DNA of 63,919 bases, filler included, from Vicugna vicugna (GCA_013265495.1; 79 parts of 76 records of this genome joined end to end with filler, not necessarily neighbours in it); one strand, 5' to 3'. Counted from the whole stretch's first letter, positions 38,340-51,043 are shown. Program-made: numbers and translations. Notes: generated by a model from the sequence alone, not told the origin.

Positions 38340-38718
38340 AGAGGAACCATGGAAAAAAGATAAAAGGGCAAGGTAAAGAGAGTTGAGGGTATGGGATGAG
38401 GGTGATGTTGTATTAAATACCAGAGCAGGCTACACTGAGGTCTGAGGTTAGCACTAGGACTAGGAGGTGAGAAGTCCCAGGTGGACGGAATAACCATCAC
38501 TATGGCCAGCGAGCACCTCGCATGTTCCAGAATGGGGGCACGGCTGGAGCTGTGGAGAAGGGTCAGTGCAGATCCTGTAGGGCCTTGGAGGATGTTGTAA
38601 GGACTGTGGCTTTTACCCGGAGTGAAATGGGGAGACACTGCAGAAGGACGACACAATCTAACTTGGGTTTTCAAGGCTCACTTGACTGCCAGGTGAGAAT
38701 AGTCGAAATGGGTCAGAG
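38340..38718 (-). mobile_element. LINE-2 fragment
   Basis: GCAGATCCTGTAGGGCCTTG..GTAAGGACTGTGGCTTTTAC..GAGTGAAATGGGGAG is typical of antisense L2; similar decayed pieces at 44600-44860, 22510-22650 and 59455-59590. Confidence 0.7.
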
Positions 38719-38818
38719 NNNNNNNNNNNNNNNNNNNNNNNNNNNNNNNNNNNNNNNNNNNNTTAATTAATTAANNNNNNNNNNNNNNNNNNNNNNNNNN
38801 NNNNNNNNNNNNNNNNNN

Positions 38819-39350
38819 ACGGAAAGCAGAATATAGTATACAGAATATACAATGAAGAACACAAAATATAGAATATGGGAACAGAATAGAAAACCCAGAA
38901 TTGAGAACATGGAATTCAGAACACAGAATTTAGAGTATATACTACAGAATACTGAATATAAAATTTAGAATATAGAATGTAGAACACAGAATATGGAATG
39001 TAGAATACGGAATGCAGAATATTTAATACTGAATATAGAATGTAGAACACAGAATTNNNNNNNNNNNNNNNNNNNNNNNNNNNNNNNNNNNNNNNNNNNN
39101 NNNNNNNNNNNNNNNNNNNNNNNNNNNNNNNNNNNNNNNNNNNNNNNNNNNNNNNNNNNNNNATAGAATGAAGAACACAGAATATAGAATATAGACTATG
39201 GAATGCAGAATATAGAATATAGAATATAGAATAATGAGCACAAAATATAGAATAGAGAATATAGAATCCAGAATTTAGAACATGGATTGCAGAACACAGA
39301 ATTTAGACTATTCAATACCGAATACTTATTATAGAATATGAATATACAAT
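38819..39350 (+). repeat. Degenerate (AGAATAT)n heptamer satellite
   Basis: 7-bp periodic AGAATAT/AGAACAC/AGAATTT units. Confidence 0.92.
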
Positions 39351-39450
39351 NNNNNNNNNNNNNNNNNNNNNNNNNNNNNNNNNNNNNNNNNNNNTTAATT
39401 AATTAANNNNNNNNNNNNNNNNNNNNNNNNNNNNNNNNNNNNNNNNNNNN

Positions 39451-39990
39451 ATCTCAGGTTTAATATGTCCAAAATGGATTTCATGCTTTTTCTTCTGACT
39501 GCCATCTTCAGTAACAATCACCACCATCTTCTCAGTTGTTAAAAAGAGAAAACTGGGAGTTTGTCCTTATATCTCTGATTCCCCTCATTCCTTTTCTTCA
39601 GTTCACCTACAAGTTCTACCATATTTGCTCTCCAAATATCTGCTCACTTCTTTCCATCTCAACTGCTACCATTTTATTTCAAACCACCAAAATCTCTCAC
39701 CTGTCTGCTGTGATATGCTCCTACTTGTCCTTTCTATTTCCATTCCTGCCTCCCTGCAATCCATTTGTATACACAGCTCTTAAGAGTAATCAGCTTAAAA
39801 GATAAATCAGAGCATGGCATTCCAATTTAAACCTTTTAACGACTCTCATTTCACTTATAATACCACCCTTGGCCTAAAATGCCTATGTGCTCTAGAACAC
39901 ACTGCACTCCAGCTAAACAAGCCTCCTTCCAGTTCCTTTGAAACAAAGCAAACCATCCCCATATTTACTCCTTCCTTCCAGTCTCACCTT
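39451..39990 (+). mobile_element. LINE-2 fragment
   Basis: TTTAATATGTCCAAAATGG..CCATCTTCTCAGTTG..AAACTGGGAGT..ACTGCTACC is typical of the L2 3' region. Confidence 0.65.
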
Positions 39991-40181
39991 AACTGCCACT
40001 GACTCAAAAAGGGCTTTTTTTTTTAATCGCCAGTCTTTAGCATCATTTATGCATCAGTTCCTTTGAAACAAAGCAAACCCATCCCCATATTTACTCCCTC
40101 CTTCCAGTCTCACCTTAACTGTCACTGACTCAAAGAGGGCTTTTTTTTTTTTAATCCCCAGTCTTTAGCATCATTTATGCA
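39930..40181 (+). repeat. ~125-bp tandem duplication, two copies
   Basis: CAGTTCCTTTGAAACAAAGCAAACC...AGCATCATTTATGCA starts at 39930 and 40055. Confidence 0.9.
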
Positions 40182-40286
40182 AAAATNNNNNNNNNNNNNN
40201 NNNNNNNNNNNNNNNNNNNNNNNNNNNNNNTTAATTAATTAANNNNNNNNNNNNNNNNNNNNNNNNNNNNNNNNNNNNNNNNNNNN

Positions 40287-40768
40287 TACTTTGATATAAG
40301 CTGAAACTTCTCATTTATTTTGGAGCTTATTTATCTGTACTCTCTAATTTGCTCATGAGTCTAGTTAAAGTTTATCAATTTTATTTTTCTTTCAAAAGGC
40401 ATTATTTAGTTTGATTAGACGTTTCTATTTTTAATCTTTATTTTATTAATTTATGTTCTGACCTTTCAGCTGTCTTTCCTTCTAATTACTAGTTTGTTTA
40501 TTATTTTGCTACATCTTTTGTTTGTAAGATTATGTTATTTAAGAGAGATGTTTCTTCTTTGTATAAGTGGGATTATTTTGCTATAAGCATCCCTATTAAT
40601 ACTCCTTTGGCTATACCCCATGGACTTTGTTTTTGTAGTCATATTTCTTTATATATTTTTTCTTTGATTTATACAGCAATCCATTTGTTGTTTAATATTG
40701 TATGATTTATCCTCCACACTTTACTATTTTTCCCAGGTTTCTATTTTTAGTAAATTTCTATTCTCACA
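40287..40768 (-). mobile_element. Degraded LINE-1 ORF2 fragment (post-endonuclease region), antisense
   Basis: Colinear by eye with 17780-18300, e.g. GCTATAAGCATCCCTATTAATACTCCTTTGGCT vs GCTATAAACTTCCCTCTTAGCCCTGCCTTTGCT. Confidence 0.75.
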
Positions 40769-40779
40769 GAATCCATAAG

Positions 40780-40969
40780 TTTATTCACAAAACAAGGAGA
40801 AAAATACTAAAATTTATACAAAAATATGAAATGCACAAGTTTTCTAAAATTATCTTTCAAAAATGAACAAAGTTGTGGGTATTATCCTCCCTGACTTTAG
40901 AACATACTACAAGGCTTGGGTAAAGAAAACATCAAAATATTGCTCTAAAAGAAACACATACATCAATGG
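40780..40969 (+). mobile_element. Degraded LINE-1 ORF2 fragment (post-RT region), sense
   Basis: ATACTAAAATTTATA..AACAAAGTTGTGGGTATTATCCTCCCTGACTTTAGAACATACTACAAGGCT translates ILKFI..NKVVGIILPDFRTYYKA, the L1 LPDF..YYKA motif. Confidence 0.8.
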
Positions 40970-41069
40970 NNNNNNNNNNNNNNNNNNNNNNNNNNNNNNN
41001 NNNNNNNNNNNNNTTAATTAATTAANNNNNNNNNNNNNNNNNNNNNNNNNNNNNNNNNNNNNNNNNNNN

Positions 41070-42198
41070 CTGAATGAAGAACACAGAATTTAGAGTATAG
41101 AATACAGATTACTGTATATATAATGTAGAAAACAGAATATAGAATATAGAATATACAATAGAGAATTTAGAATCGAGAATTTAGAACATGTGATGCAGAA
41201 CACAGAATTTAGAATATAGAATACATAATACTGAATAAAGAATATAGAATATAGAGTGTAGAACACAGAATTTAGAATATAGAATACGGAATGCTGAATA
41301 TAGAATTTATAATATACAATGTAACATAGAATAAAGAATATAGAATACGGAATACAGAATATAGAATACAGAATATAGAACGTAGAATACAGAATTAAAA
41401 TATGGAAAACCGAATATAGAACCCAGAATTTAGAACTCGGAATGCAGAACACAGAATTTAGAATATAGGACACAGAATACTGAATATATAATTTAGAACA
41501 TGGAATTCAGAACAAAGAATTGAGAATATAGAATACGGAATGTTGAATATAGAATGTAGAATATAGAATGAAGAACACTGAATATAGAATAGAGAATAGA
41601 GAATATAGAACCCAGAATTTAGAAGATGGAATGCATATTACAGAATTTAGAATATAGAATACGGAATACTGAATATAGAATTTAGAAAATAGAATGTAGA
41701 ACACAGAATGTAGAATATAGAATACAGAANNNNNNNNNNNNNNNNNNNNNNNNNNNNNNNNNNNNNNNNNNNNNNNNNNNNNNNNNNNNNNNNNNNNNNN
41801 NNNNNNNNNNNNNNNNNNNNNNNNNNNNNNNNNNNNNNNNNNNNNNNNNNNNNNNNNNNNNNNNNNNNNNNNNNNNNNNNNNNNNNNNNNNNNNNNNNNN
41901 NNNNNNNNNNNNNNNNNNNNNNNNNNNNNNNNNNNNNNNNNNNNNNNNNNNNNNNNNNNNNNNNNNNNNNNNNNNNNNNNNNNNNNNNNNNNNNNNNNNN
42001 NNNNNNNNNNNNNNNNNNNNNNNNNNNNNNNNNNNNNNNNNNNNNNNNNNNNNNNNNNNNNNNNNNNNNNNNNNNNNNNNNNNNNNNNNNNNNNNNNNNN
42101 NNNNNNNNNNNNNNNNNNNNNNNNNNNNNNNNNNNAATATAGAATACAGAATATACAATGTAGAACATAGTATATAAAATATTTAAAACAGAATATAG
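41070..42198 (+). repeat. Degenerate (AGAATAT)n heptamer satellite with 63-bp higher-order period
   Basis: AGAACACAGAAT-type anchors at 41197, 41260, 41446, 41509, 41635 and 41698. Confidence 0.92.
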
Positions 42199-42298
42199 NN
42201 NNNNNNNNNNNNNNNNNNNNNNNNNNNNNNNNNNNNNNNNNNTTAATTAATTAANNNNNNNNNNNNNNNNNNNNNNNNNNNNNNNNNNNNNNNNNNNN

Positions 42299-42537
42299 TG
42301 ACAGAGGCTGCCTCCCCAAGGTCAGGGAAGGTATTTCTCGGACTTCCCCGAAAAGGGAACACCTGTGACTGAAGAGAGCTGCGTGGCGTTGTCTCTCGAG
42401 CTCCCCAACGCACTGACAATGGTTGCAGCTTCCTGAGCGTGGGGAGGTTCCAACAACGGACGGCAGTGCGTGGCTTCTAACGGAAAGCCTATGCTGGTCT
42501 CCCCTGAGGATTTTCCTAATATCTCTGTGCCAGGGAA
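42299..42537 (-). repeat. Sat-A satellite fragment
   Basis: Reverse-complement Sat-A signature. Confidence 0.93.
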
Positions 42538-42775
42538 NNNNNNNNNNNNNNNNNNNNNNNNNNNNNNNNNNNNNNNNNNNNTTAATTAATTAANNNNNNN
42601 NNNNNNNNNNNNNNNNNNNNNNNNNNNNNNNNNNNNNAAAAAGCAAATAGCAGTTAATGAACCATGAGAAATTTCAAGGCTGCTCTATGTGAATTTGTCT
42701 TTGTGATTGAAAGTAGGCAGTGCTTAATAATCCTTTGATGGCTATAGCATCATAAGTGGGTGAACTATATCCATT

Positions 42776-43088
42776 TCTTTTTCTTAAATTGAAGTGTAGT
42801 TGATTTATAATGATATATTACTTTCAGGTGTACAACATAGTGATTAAATATTTTTATAGATTACACTCCATTGAAACTTACTATAAGGTATTTGCTATAT
42901 TCCCTGTGTGGTGTAATGTGTGGTGTATATTTATATATTTATTTGTTTTATACTTAGCAGTTTGTACCGATTAATCACCTCACCGAATCTTTCCCCTTCA
43001 CTGACCCCTGTCACCACTTGTGAAAACTAGTTTGTTCTGTGTATGTCAATCTGTCTCTGCTTTGTTATATTCATTTTTAAAATTTTTT
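42776..43088 (-). mobile_element. LINE-1 3' UTR and tail (artiodactyl-type)
   Basis: T-rich tail then AATTGAAGTGTAGTTGATTTATAATG..TTTCAGGTGTACAACATAGTGATT. Confidence 0.8.
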
Positions 43089-43188
43089 NNNNNNNNNNNN
43101 NNNNNNNNNNNNNNNNNNNNNNNNNNNNNNNNTTAATTAATTAANNNNNNNNNNNNNNNNNNNNNNNNNNNNNNNNNNNNNNNNNNNN

Positions 43189-44382
43189 GCAGCACCTGGG
43201 TTCGAGTAGAATCCCTTAGCTTGACTTCCATAACTGTTTTCCTAGGTCTAGAAGTGAGCGATGGTGAGGGATGGGCTCTAAAGCCAAGTATTAGAGAGTA
43301 GATCTCTGTTGGCAGTGGAGGGGTTGAAACTACTACCCCAACATTGGAACTCCTGTGCCCCCATAAAGATGAGTGGACTCTGTTTCCCCCCTGCAGCACA
43401 CACACGGAGACGTGGTCAGGTATCCTGATAGTGGGGAGGCTCCTCCACAAGACAGCAGCGCCTGGGTTCTAATAGAATCCCTTAGATTGTTTTCCTTGAG
43501 TGTTTCCCTAGGCCGGGCTTAGAGGGAAAGCTGGGAGTTTGGCTTGGAGGCCTAATTAGCAGCAACTGCCCCCAGATGGAATGTGGAAGTATTTAGAGGA
43601 CTTCTCCCTATTGGGGAACAAGTGTGACCCCATTCATCTACTTGGATTTTGGCTCCACATCACCACGCCACAAAATTATGGGTTCCGGAATCCTGAGCTT
43701 TGGGACATTCCGTCCACTGTCAGCAGCGCTTGTGTTCTTGAATTCCTTAACTTGCCTTCCCTGATGGTTTGCATATGCTGGAGTGCAGTGGAAAGTGGTG
43801 TTTCGACTCTAATACCAAGTATTAGCCAATGCATCTACATGTGAAGTTGAGAAATTTTAACTACAACCAGCAACGTAGNNNNNNNNNNNNNNNNNNNNNN
43901 NNNNNNNNNNNNNNNNNNNNNNNNNNNNNNNNNNNNNNNNNNNNNNNNNNNNNNNNNNNNNNNNNNNNNNNNNNNNNNNNNNNNNNNNNNNNNNNNNNNN
44001 NNNNNNNNNNNNNNNNNNNNNNNNNNNNNNNNNNNNNNNNNNNNNNNNNNNNNNNNNNNNNNNNNNNNNNNNNNNNNNNNNNNNNNNNNNNNNNNNNNNN
44101 NNNNNNNNNNNNNNNNNNNNNNNNNNNNNNNNNNNNNNNNNNNNNNNNNNNNNNNNNNNNNNNNNNNNNNNNNNNNNNNNNNNNNNNNNNNNNNNNNNNN
44201 NNNNNNNNNNNNNNNNNNNNNNNNNNNNNNNNNNNNNNNNNNNNNNNNNNNNNNNNNNNNNNNNNNNNNNNNNNNNNNNNNNNNNNNNNNNNNNNNNNNN
44301 NNNNNNNNNNNNNNNNNNNNNNNNNNNNNNNNTTGGAGGTTGGGCTTGGAGTCCAAGTAGCAGTGTGTGCCCCCTGATCGAT
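43189..44382 (-). repeat. Sat-C satellite (gapped)
   Basis: GCAGC anchors at 43189, 43455 and 43723 (266 and 268 bp apart). Confidence 0.88.
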
Positions 44383-45591
44383 NNNNNNNNNNNNNNNNNN
44401 NNNNNNNNNNNNNNNNNNNNNNNNNNTTAATTAATTAANNNNNNNNNNNNNNNNNNNNNNNNNNNNNNNNNNNNNNNNNNNNCTTCCCTAAACATTACGT
44501 AGGGGATATAAAGAGTGGAGTTTGAATAGAGCCTTTCTGAGTGGTGGGATTTTGATAGAAAGATAATAGGTGCGAGGGACAATCTAAGCTATCGAATCCA
44601 ATCCTGCAAAAGGACTTAGGTAGCAAATTGTGGAGGACTCTGTAGGCAGAATAGAGTTAGATTTTATGTTTGTGCAATGGAGAAGGATCAGAGTTTTTGA
44701 AAAGAGGCAGGCACATGATCAGTTTTGTAATTTTGGGAGAATCTAGATCGACACTGGTGGAAATGACAGGAGAAAATTAAGGTAGGGATTCAACTAGGCT
44801 AGTGGCCTTCTAAAGGTGAAGTGAGGTAGCGGTGTGGAGGATGGAGATGTTAGAGTCAATAATGGGCTCTTGAGCTCTTGTCAGAGGAGTGGTGAACTTT
44901 CCATCATGGCAGGTATGGGATGCAAAGGATGATGAGGTCTTACAGGNNNNNNNNNNNNNNNNNNNNNNNNNNNNNNNNNNNNNNNNNNNNTTAATTAATT
45001 AANNNNNNNNNNNNNNNNNNNNNNNNNNNNNNNNNNNNNNNNNNNNGAGTGCAAGAAAGTGGCCCGGCCAATGGGTGGCATCACGGGGACAGCGCCACAC
45101 AGACAGGGGTCTCTCTACTGGTGGTAAAGCACCTGCCTACCAGCAGTGCCCCTCCAGACGGGCCATCCAGCCATTTTTGCTGCTTCCTGCTGCCACAGCC
45201 AATGAGCTCAAATTTTTGCCCCCAAACCAAACCACAGAAAGACGGTGAGTGGCTANNNNNNNNNNNNNNNNNNNNNNNNNNNNNNNNNNNNNNNNNNNNN
45301 NNNNNNNNNNNNNNNNNNNNNNNNNNNNNNNNNNNNNNNNNNNNNNNNNNNNNNNNNNNNNNNNNNNNNNNNNNNNNNNNNNNNNNNNNNNNNNNNNNNN
45401 NNNNNNNNNNNNNNNNNNNNNNNNNNNNNNNNNNNNNNNNNNNNNNNNNNNNNNNNNNNNNNNNNNNNNNNNNNNNNNNNNNNNNNNNNNNNNNNNNNNN
45501 NNNNNNNNNNNNNNNNNNNNNNNNNNNNNNNNNNNNNNNNNNNNNNNNNNNNNNNNNNNNNNNNNNNNNNNNNNNNNNNNNNNNNNNNNNN

Positions 45592-45648
45592 ACTGTGCTG
45601 AAGACATTGATACACTGTAACTAACTATACATCAATTAAAAAAAACAA
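45592..45648 (+). mobile_element. LINE-1 extreme 3' end with A tail
   Basis: ACACTGTAACTAACTATACATCAATTAAAAAAAA; another L1-type 3' end lies at 46087-46128. Confidence 0.65.
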
Positions 45649-46810
45649 AGCAGTGTAAAACTATTGTAAAACAAAAAGTTTAACAAGTATACACACATAC
45701 AAGTTTAAAAGAATAAACTACATTACCAAAAATTTCAGGTTGGGTTTAGATGGCACAATTTGAAAAACAAAATGAAACAACCCTTCTCCAGAAAGCAGAG
45801 ACTCAGAGCCAGATCAACACCTTCGGTTACTGAACAGCTTCCCGGTGCCAGCCAGGGCCACCAGCACCCTGGGGCCTCACCACAGGCACGGTGTCCCCGG
45901 CAGCTGGGGGAAGGCGAACCCATTTGTCTAATTTGTGGCAATTTGAAGGCCACATCCACCCTTAACATCTCCATCTATATTAGTGGNNNNNNNNNNNNNN
46001 NNNNNNNNNNNNNNNNNNNNNNNNNNNNNNTTAATTAATTAANNNNNNNNNNNNNNNNNNNNNNNNNNNNNNNNNNNNNNNNNNNNTTGTAAAATGATTA
46101 TAAATCAATAAAAAATATTTAAAAAAAAGAAATGAGTGAACTTCAGCAGCACAATTCATTGATGAATTTTTTCAACATGAATTTGACTGAAAGAATACAA
46201 GACACAAATCACAGCACGGGATCTAATTCTATTTATATGAATTTCAAGAACAGTAAAATCAATTTGTACTTTCTTAGTATATATTCACAGGTGATTAAAT
46301 TATAAAGAATTGCAGAGAAGTGATGATTATAACAGTTAAGATAGTGNNNNNNNNNNNNNNNNNNNNNNNNNNNNNNNNNNNNNNNNNNNNNNNNNNNNNN
46401 NNNNNNNNNNNNNNNNNNNNNNNNNNNNNNNNNNNNNNNNNNNNNNNNNNNNNNNNNNNNNNNNNNNNNNNNNNNNNNNNNNNNNNNNNNNNNNNNNNNN
46501 NNNNNNNNNNNNNNNNNNNNNNNNNNNNNNNNNNNNNNNNNNNNNNNNNNNNNNNNNNNNNNNNNNNNNNNNNNNNNNNNNNNNNNNNNNNNNNNNNNNN
46601 NNNNNNNNNNNNNNNNNNNNNNNNNNNNNNNNNNNNNNNNNNNNNNNNNNNNNNNNNNNNNNNNNNNNNNNNNNNNNNNNNNNNNNNNNNNNNNNNNNNN
46701 NNNNNNNNNNNNNNNNNNNNNNNNNNNNNNNNNNNNNNNNNNNNNNNNNNNNNNNNNNNNNNNNNNNNNNNNNNNNNNNNNNNNNNNNNNNNNNATACAT
46801 AGACATAGAT

Positions 46811-46812
46811 AT

Positions 46813-46846
<34 letters not shown>

Positions 46847-46853
46847 GATAGAT
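46811..46853 (+). repeat. (GATA)n microsatellite
   Basis: Direct reading. Confidence 0.9.
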
Positions 46854-47001
46854 TGGTTGATTAATAGAGACATGGTAGAGCGATAGAGAGATTAGATAGA
46901 CNNNNNNNNNNNNNNNNNNNNNNNNNNNNNNNNNNNNNNNNNNNNTTAATTAATTAANNNNNNNNNNNNNNNNNNNNNNNNNNNNNNNNNNNNNNNNNNN
47001 N

Positions 47002-47812
47002 CTCACAACTCAGAAACGCATGTTTGCCGAATCCGTCATGCATATATTATTTACGGATTCAAGAATGCCCTGTTGATGGAATACATTTAAATTACATATC
47101 TGTTAGGTGGAAATCGCTCCAGAAGTATTTTTCTGTGAAAAATGCACGAATTCTAACCTGGTGTTAGGGAAAGCTTGTGAAAATCTGTACACGTGTCAAG
47201 AAGAATATTTTCCATTTATAGAGGATGAAACATCAGTAATCCACATCCACTCAACTCAGGAATTCATGTTTGTCGAATCCGTCATGCATGTAGCATGTAC
47301 AGAACACGGAATACCATTTAGATAGAATCTATACAAATTACATATCTCTAGGGTAGAATTCGCTCCAAGAGGGTTTTTCTGGGATTAAAGTGTGATTCTT
47401 CAACCTGGTGATAGGAAGAAGCTACGAAGAATACATATATATATATTTAAGTGCATAGGTAATTTTAATGATTGGAACATCAGTCATGAGCATATTCACA
47501 ACTCAGAAATGCATGTTTGAGGAATCGGTATTGCATGAAACATGTTCGGAATATGGAATGCCATGGTTATGTAAACAATGTAAATTACATGTGTATTGGT
47601 GAGAATTCGCTCAAAGAGGCTTTTCTAGTGCCAACTGTCCGAATTTAGTACCTGGTAACAATTTAGTACCTGGTAACAGAAAAAATCTATGAAGTCAGAG
47701 TAAATATTTCAAAGTGTATATATGCCTTCTTGGTGGATGAAAGGTCAGTAATCCACATGCTCAGATTTCAGAAACCCATGATTGCCGAATCCGTCATGCA
47801 TGTAGCATGTAC
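47002..47812 (+). repeat. Sat-B satellite with internal 18-bp tandem duplication
   Basis: Sat-B motifs; ATTTAGTACCTGGTAACA at 47643-47660 and 47661-47678. Confidence 0.92.
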
Positions 47813-47912
47813 NNNNNNNNNNNNNNNNNNNNNNNNNNNNNNNNNNNNNNNNNNNNTTAATTAATTAANNNNNNNNNNNNNNNNNNNNNNNNNNNNNNNN
47901 NNNNNNNNNNNN

Positions 47913-48403
47913 GGAACACCTGTACCCCATAAAGATGCGTGGAATCTGTTTCCCCACTTTCAGCACACACACGGAGACGTGCTCAGATATCCTGATAGTG
48001 GGGAGGCTCCTCCAAATGACAGCAGCGCCTGGGTTCTAAAAGAATCCCTTAGCTTGTCTTCCCTGATGGCATGCCTAGGCTGGAGAGTGGGGGAAAGTGG
48101 GGGTTGGGCTCTAAACCAAGTATTAGCGAGAGCCTATCCATGGGATATCTGAGCAACCCACAACCATGGTATAAATGTGCCCCCTGAAAGATGCTTTGAC
48201 TGTTTCCTTACATCCAGCACACACACGAAGATGTGATCTGGTATCCTGAGTGTGGGGAGAATCCTCCTACTGACAACAGCACCTGGGATCTAATATAATC
48301 CCTATGTTTGACATGCTTCAGTGTTTTCCTAGGCCGGGCTCTGAGGCTAGGTGTGGGCTGGGCTCTAAAGCCAAGTATTAGCGTGTGCCACTCTATGTTC
48401 AGT
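47913..48403 (-). repeat. Sat-C satellite
   Basis: Anchors at 48018 and 48272 (254 bp apart). Confidence 0.88.
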
Positions 48404-48503
48404 NNNNNNNNNNNNNNNNNNNNNNNNNNNNNNNNNNNNNNNNNNNNTTAATTAATTAANNNNNNNNNNNNNNNNNNNNNNNNNNNNNNNNNNNNNNNNN
48501 NNN

Positions 48504-48979
48504 GTTCCGGAATGCTGAGCGTGGGGAGGTTCCACCAGCGGTCGGCAGGACGTGGGTTCTAACACAGTGCTTAAGCTCGTCTCCCCTGAGCGTTTTCCTA
48601 ATGTCTCTGTGCCAGGGAATGCTAGGGGTGATTGCAGGATATCCCAGTGTCCGAGGCTGCCTCCCCAAGGTCAGGGAAGGTATTTCTCGGACTTNNNNNN
48701 NNNNNNNNNNNNNNNNNNNNNNNNNNNNNNNNNNNNNNNNNNNNNNNNNNNNNNNNNNNNNNNNNNNNNNNNNNNNNNNNNNNNNNNNNNNNNNNNNNNN
48801 NNNNNNNNNNNNNNNNNNNNNNNNNNNNNNNNNNNNNNNNNNNNNNNNNNNNNNNNNNNNNNNNNNNNNNNNNNNNNNNNNNNNNNNNNNNNNNNNNNNN
48901 NNNNNNNNNNNNNCCTCCCCAAAGTCAGGAAAGTTATTTCTCTGTCTTCCCCGACAGGGAACACCTGTGACTGAAGAGA
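48504..48979 (-). repeat. Sat-A satellite (gapped)
   Basis: Reverse-complement Sat-A signature. Confidence 0.93.
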
Positions 48980-49079
48980 NNNNNNNNNNNNNNNNNNNNN
49001 NNNNNNNNNNNNNNNNNNNNNNNTTAATTAATTAANNNNNNNNNNNNNNNNNNNNNNNNNNNNNNNNNNNNNNNNNNNN

Positions 49080-50140
49080 TCCACCAAACAAGGCATATAT
49101 AGACTAAGTAGTATTTACTCTGACCTCATAGATTTTTTCAATCGCCAGTTCCTAAAATAGGACATAAGGCACCAGAAAAATCTCTTTGAGCGAATTCTCA
49201 ACAATACACATGTAATTTACATTGTTTACATAACCATGGCATTCCGTATTCCAAACATGTTTCATGCAACACCGATTCCTCAAACAAGCATTTCTGAGNN
49301 NNNNNNNNNNNNNNNNNNNNNNNNNNNNNNNNNNNNNNNNNNNNNNNNNNNNNNNNNNNNNNNNNNNNNNNNNNNNNNNNNNNNNNNNNNNNNNNNNNNN
49401 NNNNNNNNNNNNNNNNNNNNNNNNNNNNNNNNNNNNNNNNNNNNNNNNNNNNNNNNNNNNNNNNNNNNNNNNNNNNNNNNNNNNNNNNNNNNNNNNNNNN
49501 NATATTCCGTGTTCCGTACATGCTACATGCATTACGGATTTGACAAACATGCATTCCTGAGTTGAGAGCATGTGGATTACTGATATTTCATCCTCTATAA
49601 AAGGAACAGTTTCATCTAGACACGTGTACTCATTTTCCCAAGTTTCCCCTAACACCAGTTTCGAATTTGTGCATTTTTCATTGAAAAATACTTATGAAGC
49701 GATTTCCACCTAATAGATATGCAATTTACATGTATTCCATCAACATGGCATTCCCGGTTTCGTACATGCTACATGCATGAAAGATTCGGCAAACATGCGT
49801 TTCTGATTTGTGAGCACGTGGATTACTGACCTTTTATCCCCCAAGCAAGGCATATATTCACTTAGAAATATGCATTATGTCTTCAAAGGTTTTTTCTATC
49901 ACCAGGTTATTAAATCGAACATTTGGCACCAGAAAACACTCTTTGAGCAAATTCCCACCAATACACATATAATTTAATTTGTTTACATAACCATGGAATT
50001 CCGTATACTGAACATGTTTCATGCAACACGGATTCCTTAAACATGCATTTCTGAGTTGTGAACATGCGCATGACAGCTGTTTCAGCCATAACATCGTACC
50101 TATCCTTTTTGAAATATTTACTTAGACTTCATTGCTTCTC
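49080..50140 (-). repeat. Sat-B satellite (gapped)
   Basis: Reverse-complement Sat-B motifs. Confidence 0.92.
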
Positions 50141-50240
50141 NNNNNNNNNNNNNNNNNNNNNNNNNNNNNNNNNNNNNNNNNNNNTTAATTAATTAANNNN
50201 NNNNNNNNNNNNNNNNNNNNNNNNNNNNNNNNNNNNNNNN

Positions 50241-51043
50241 AGAACCCCAGAACACTTCTTCCTGTGTTTGCTGGACGTGGGGAAAAAGCACACGCATTTT
50301 TCAGTGGTCACAGTGATTCCCAAGTTGTGGGTTGTAGTTTAAACATCTCCACTACGCATGGAGAGGCACACGCTAATACTTAGTTTTAGATCCCAAATCC
50401 CACTTTCAACCACACACTGGCCTTGGCAAACCATCAGGGAAGACAAGAAAAGGGATTCTATTAAAACCAAGACGCAGATGTCAGTTGGAGGAACTACCCC
50501 ACCCTCAGGATACTGGAAAACCTTGTGTGGTGGGGAGATTTGAAGCCCCACTCCACGCAGATGAATGGGTGCTCAGGTGTTTCCCTTTATGGAGAATTCA
50601 CCTAAATACTTCCTCATTCCACCGGGGACAGTCGCTACTATTTGGACTCAAAGCCCAACCCCCAGTTTTCTCTCACAGTCAGTCCTAGGGAAATACTCAG
50701 GGATTACATGCTAAGGGATTCTATTAGAACCCAGCCACTTCTGTCACCTGAAATTGCCAGCCCACACTCAGGATAGCAGAAAACTTCTTCATGTGTGTTC
50801 TGGTGGTGGAGATACAGAATCCATGCTTTTTTCAAGGAGCACAGGTATTCCCATGTTGTGGGGTTTTGGTTAATATCCTCCATATCCCTTGGAGAAGCAC
50901 TCCCTAATACTTGGATTTAGAGACCAACGCATCCATTCTCCAGCACTCCGTTTCAGGCAATCAAACAGGGTAGACAAGTTAAGGGTTTTAGAAGAACAAA
51001 GTCCCTGCTCTCAGTTGGAGGAGGCTGCCCACTCTCAGGATAA
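50241..51043 (+). repeat. Sat-C satellite, three diverged monomers
   Basis: AGGGATTCTATTAGAACCCAG and CCCAC(A/C)CTCAGGATA motifs (opposite orientation to 43189). Confidence 0.85.

Noticed and set aside
41090..41704. Hydrophobic Tyr/Ile/Phe-rich ORFs resembling membrane proteins
   Set aside because: Translation of the (ATATTCT)n strand of the heptamer satellite.
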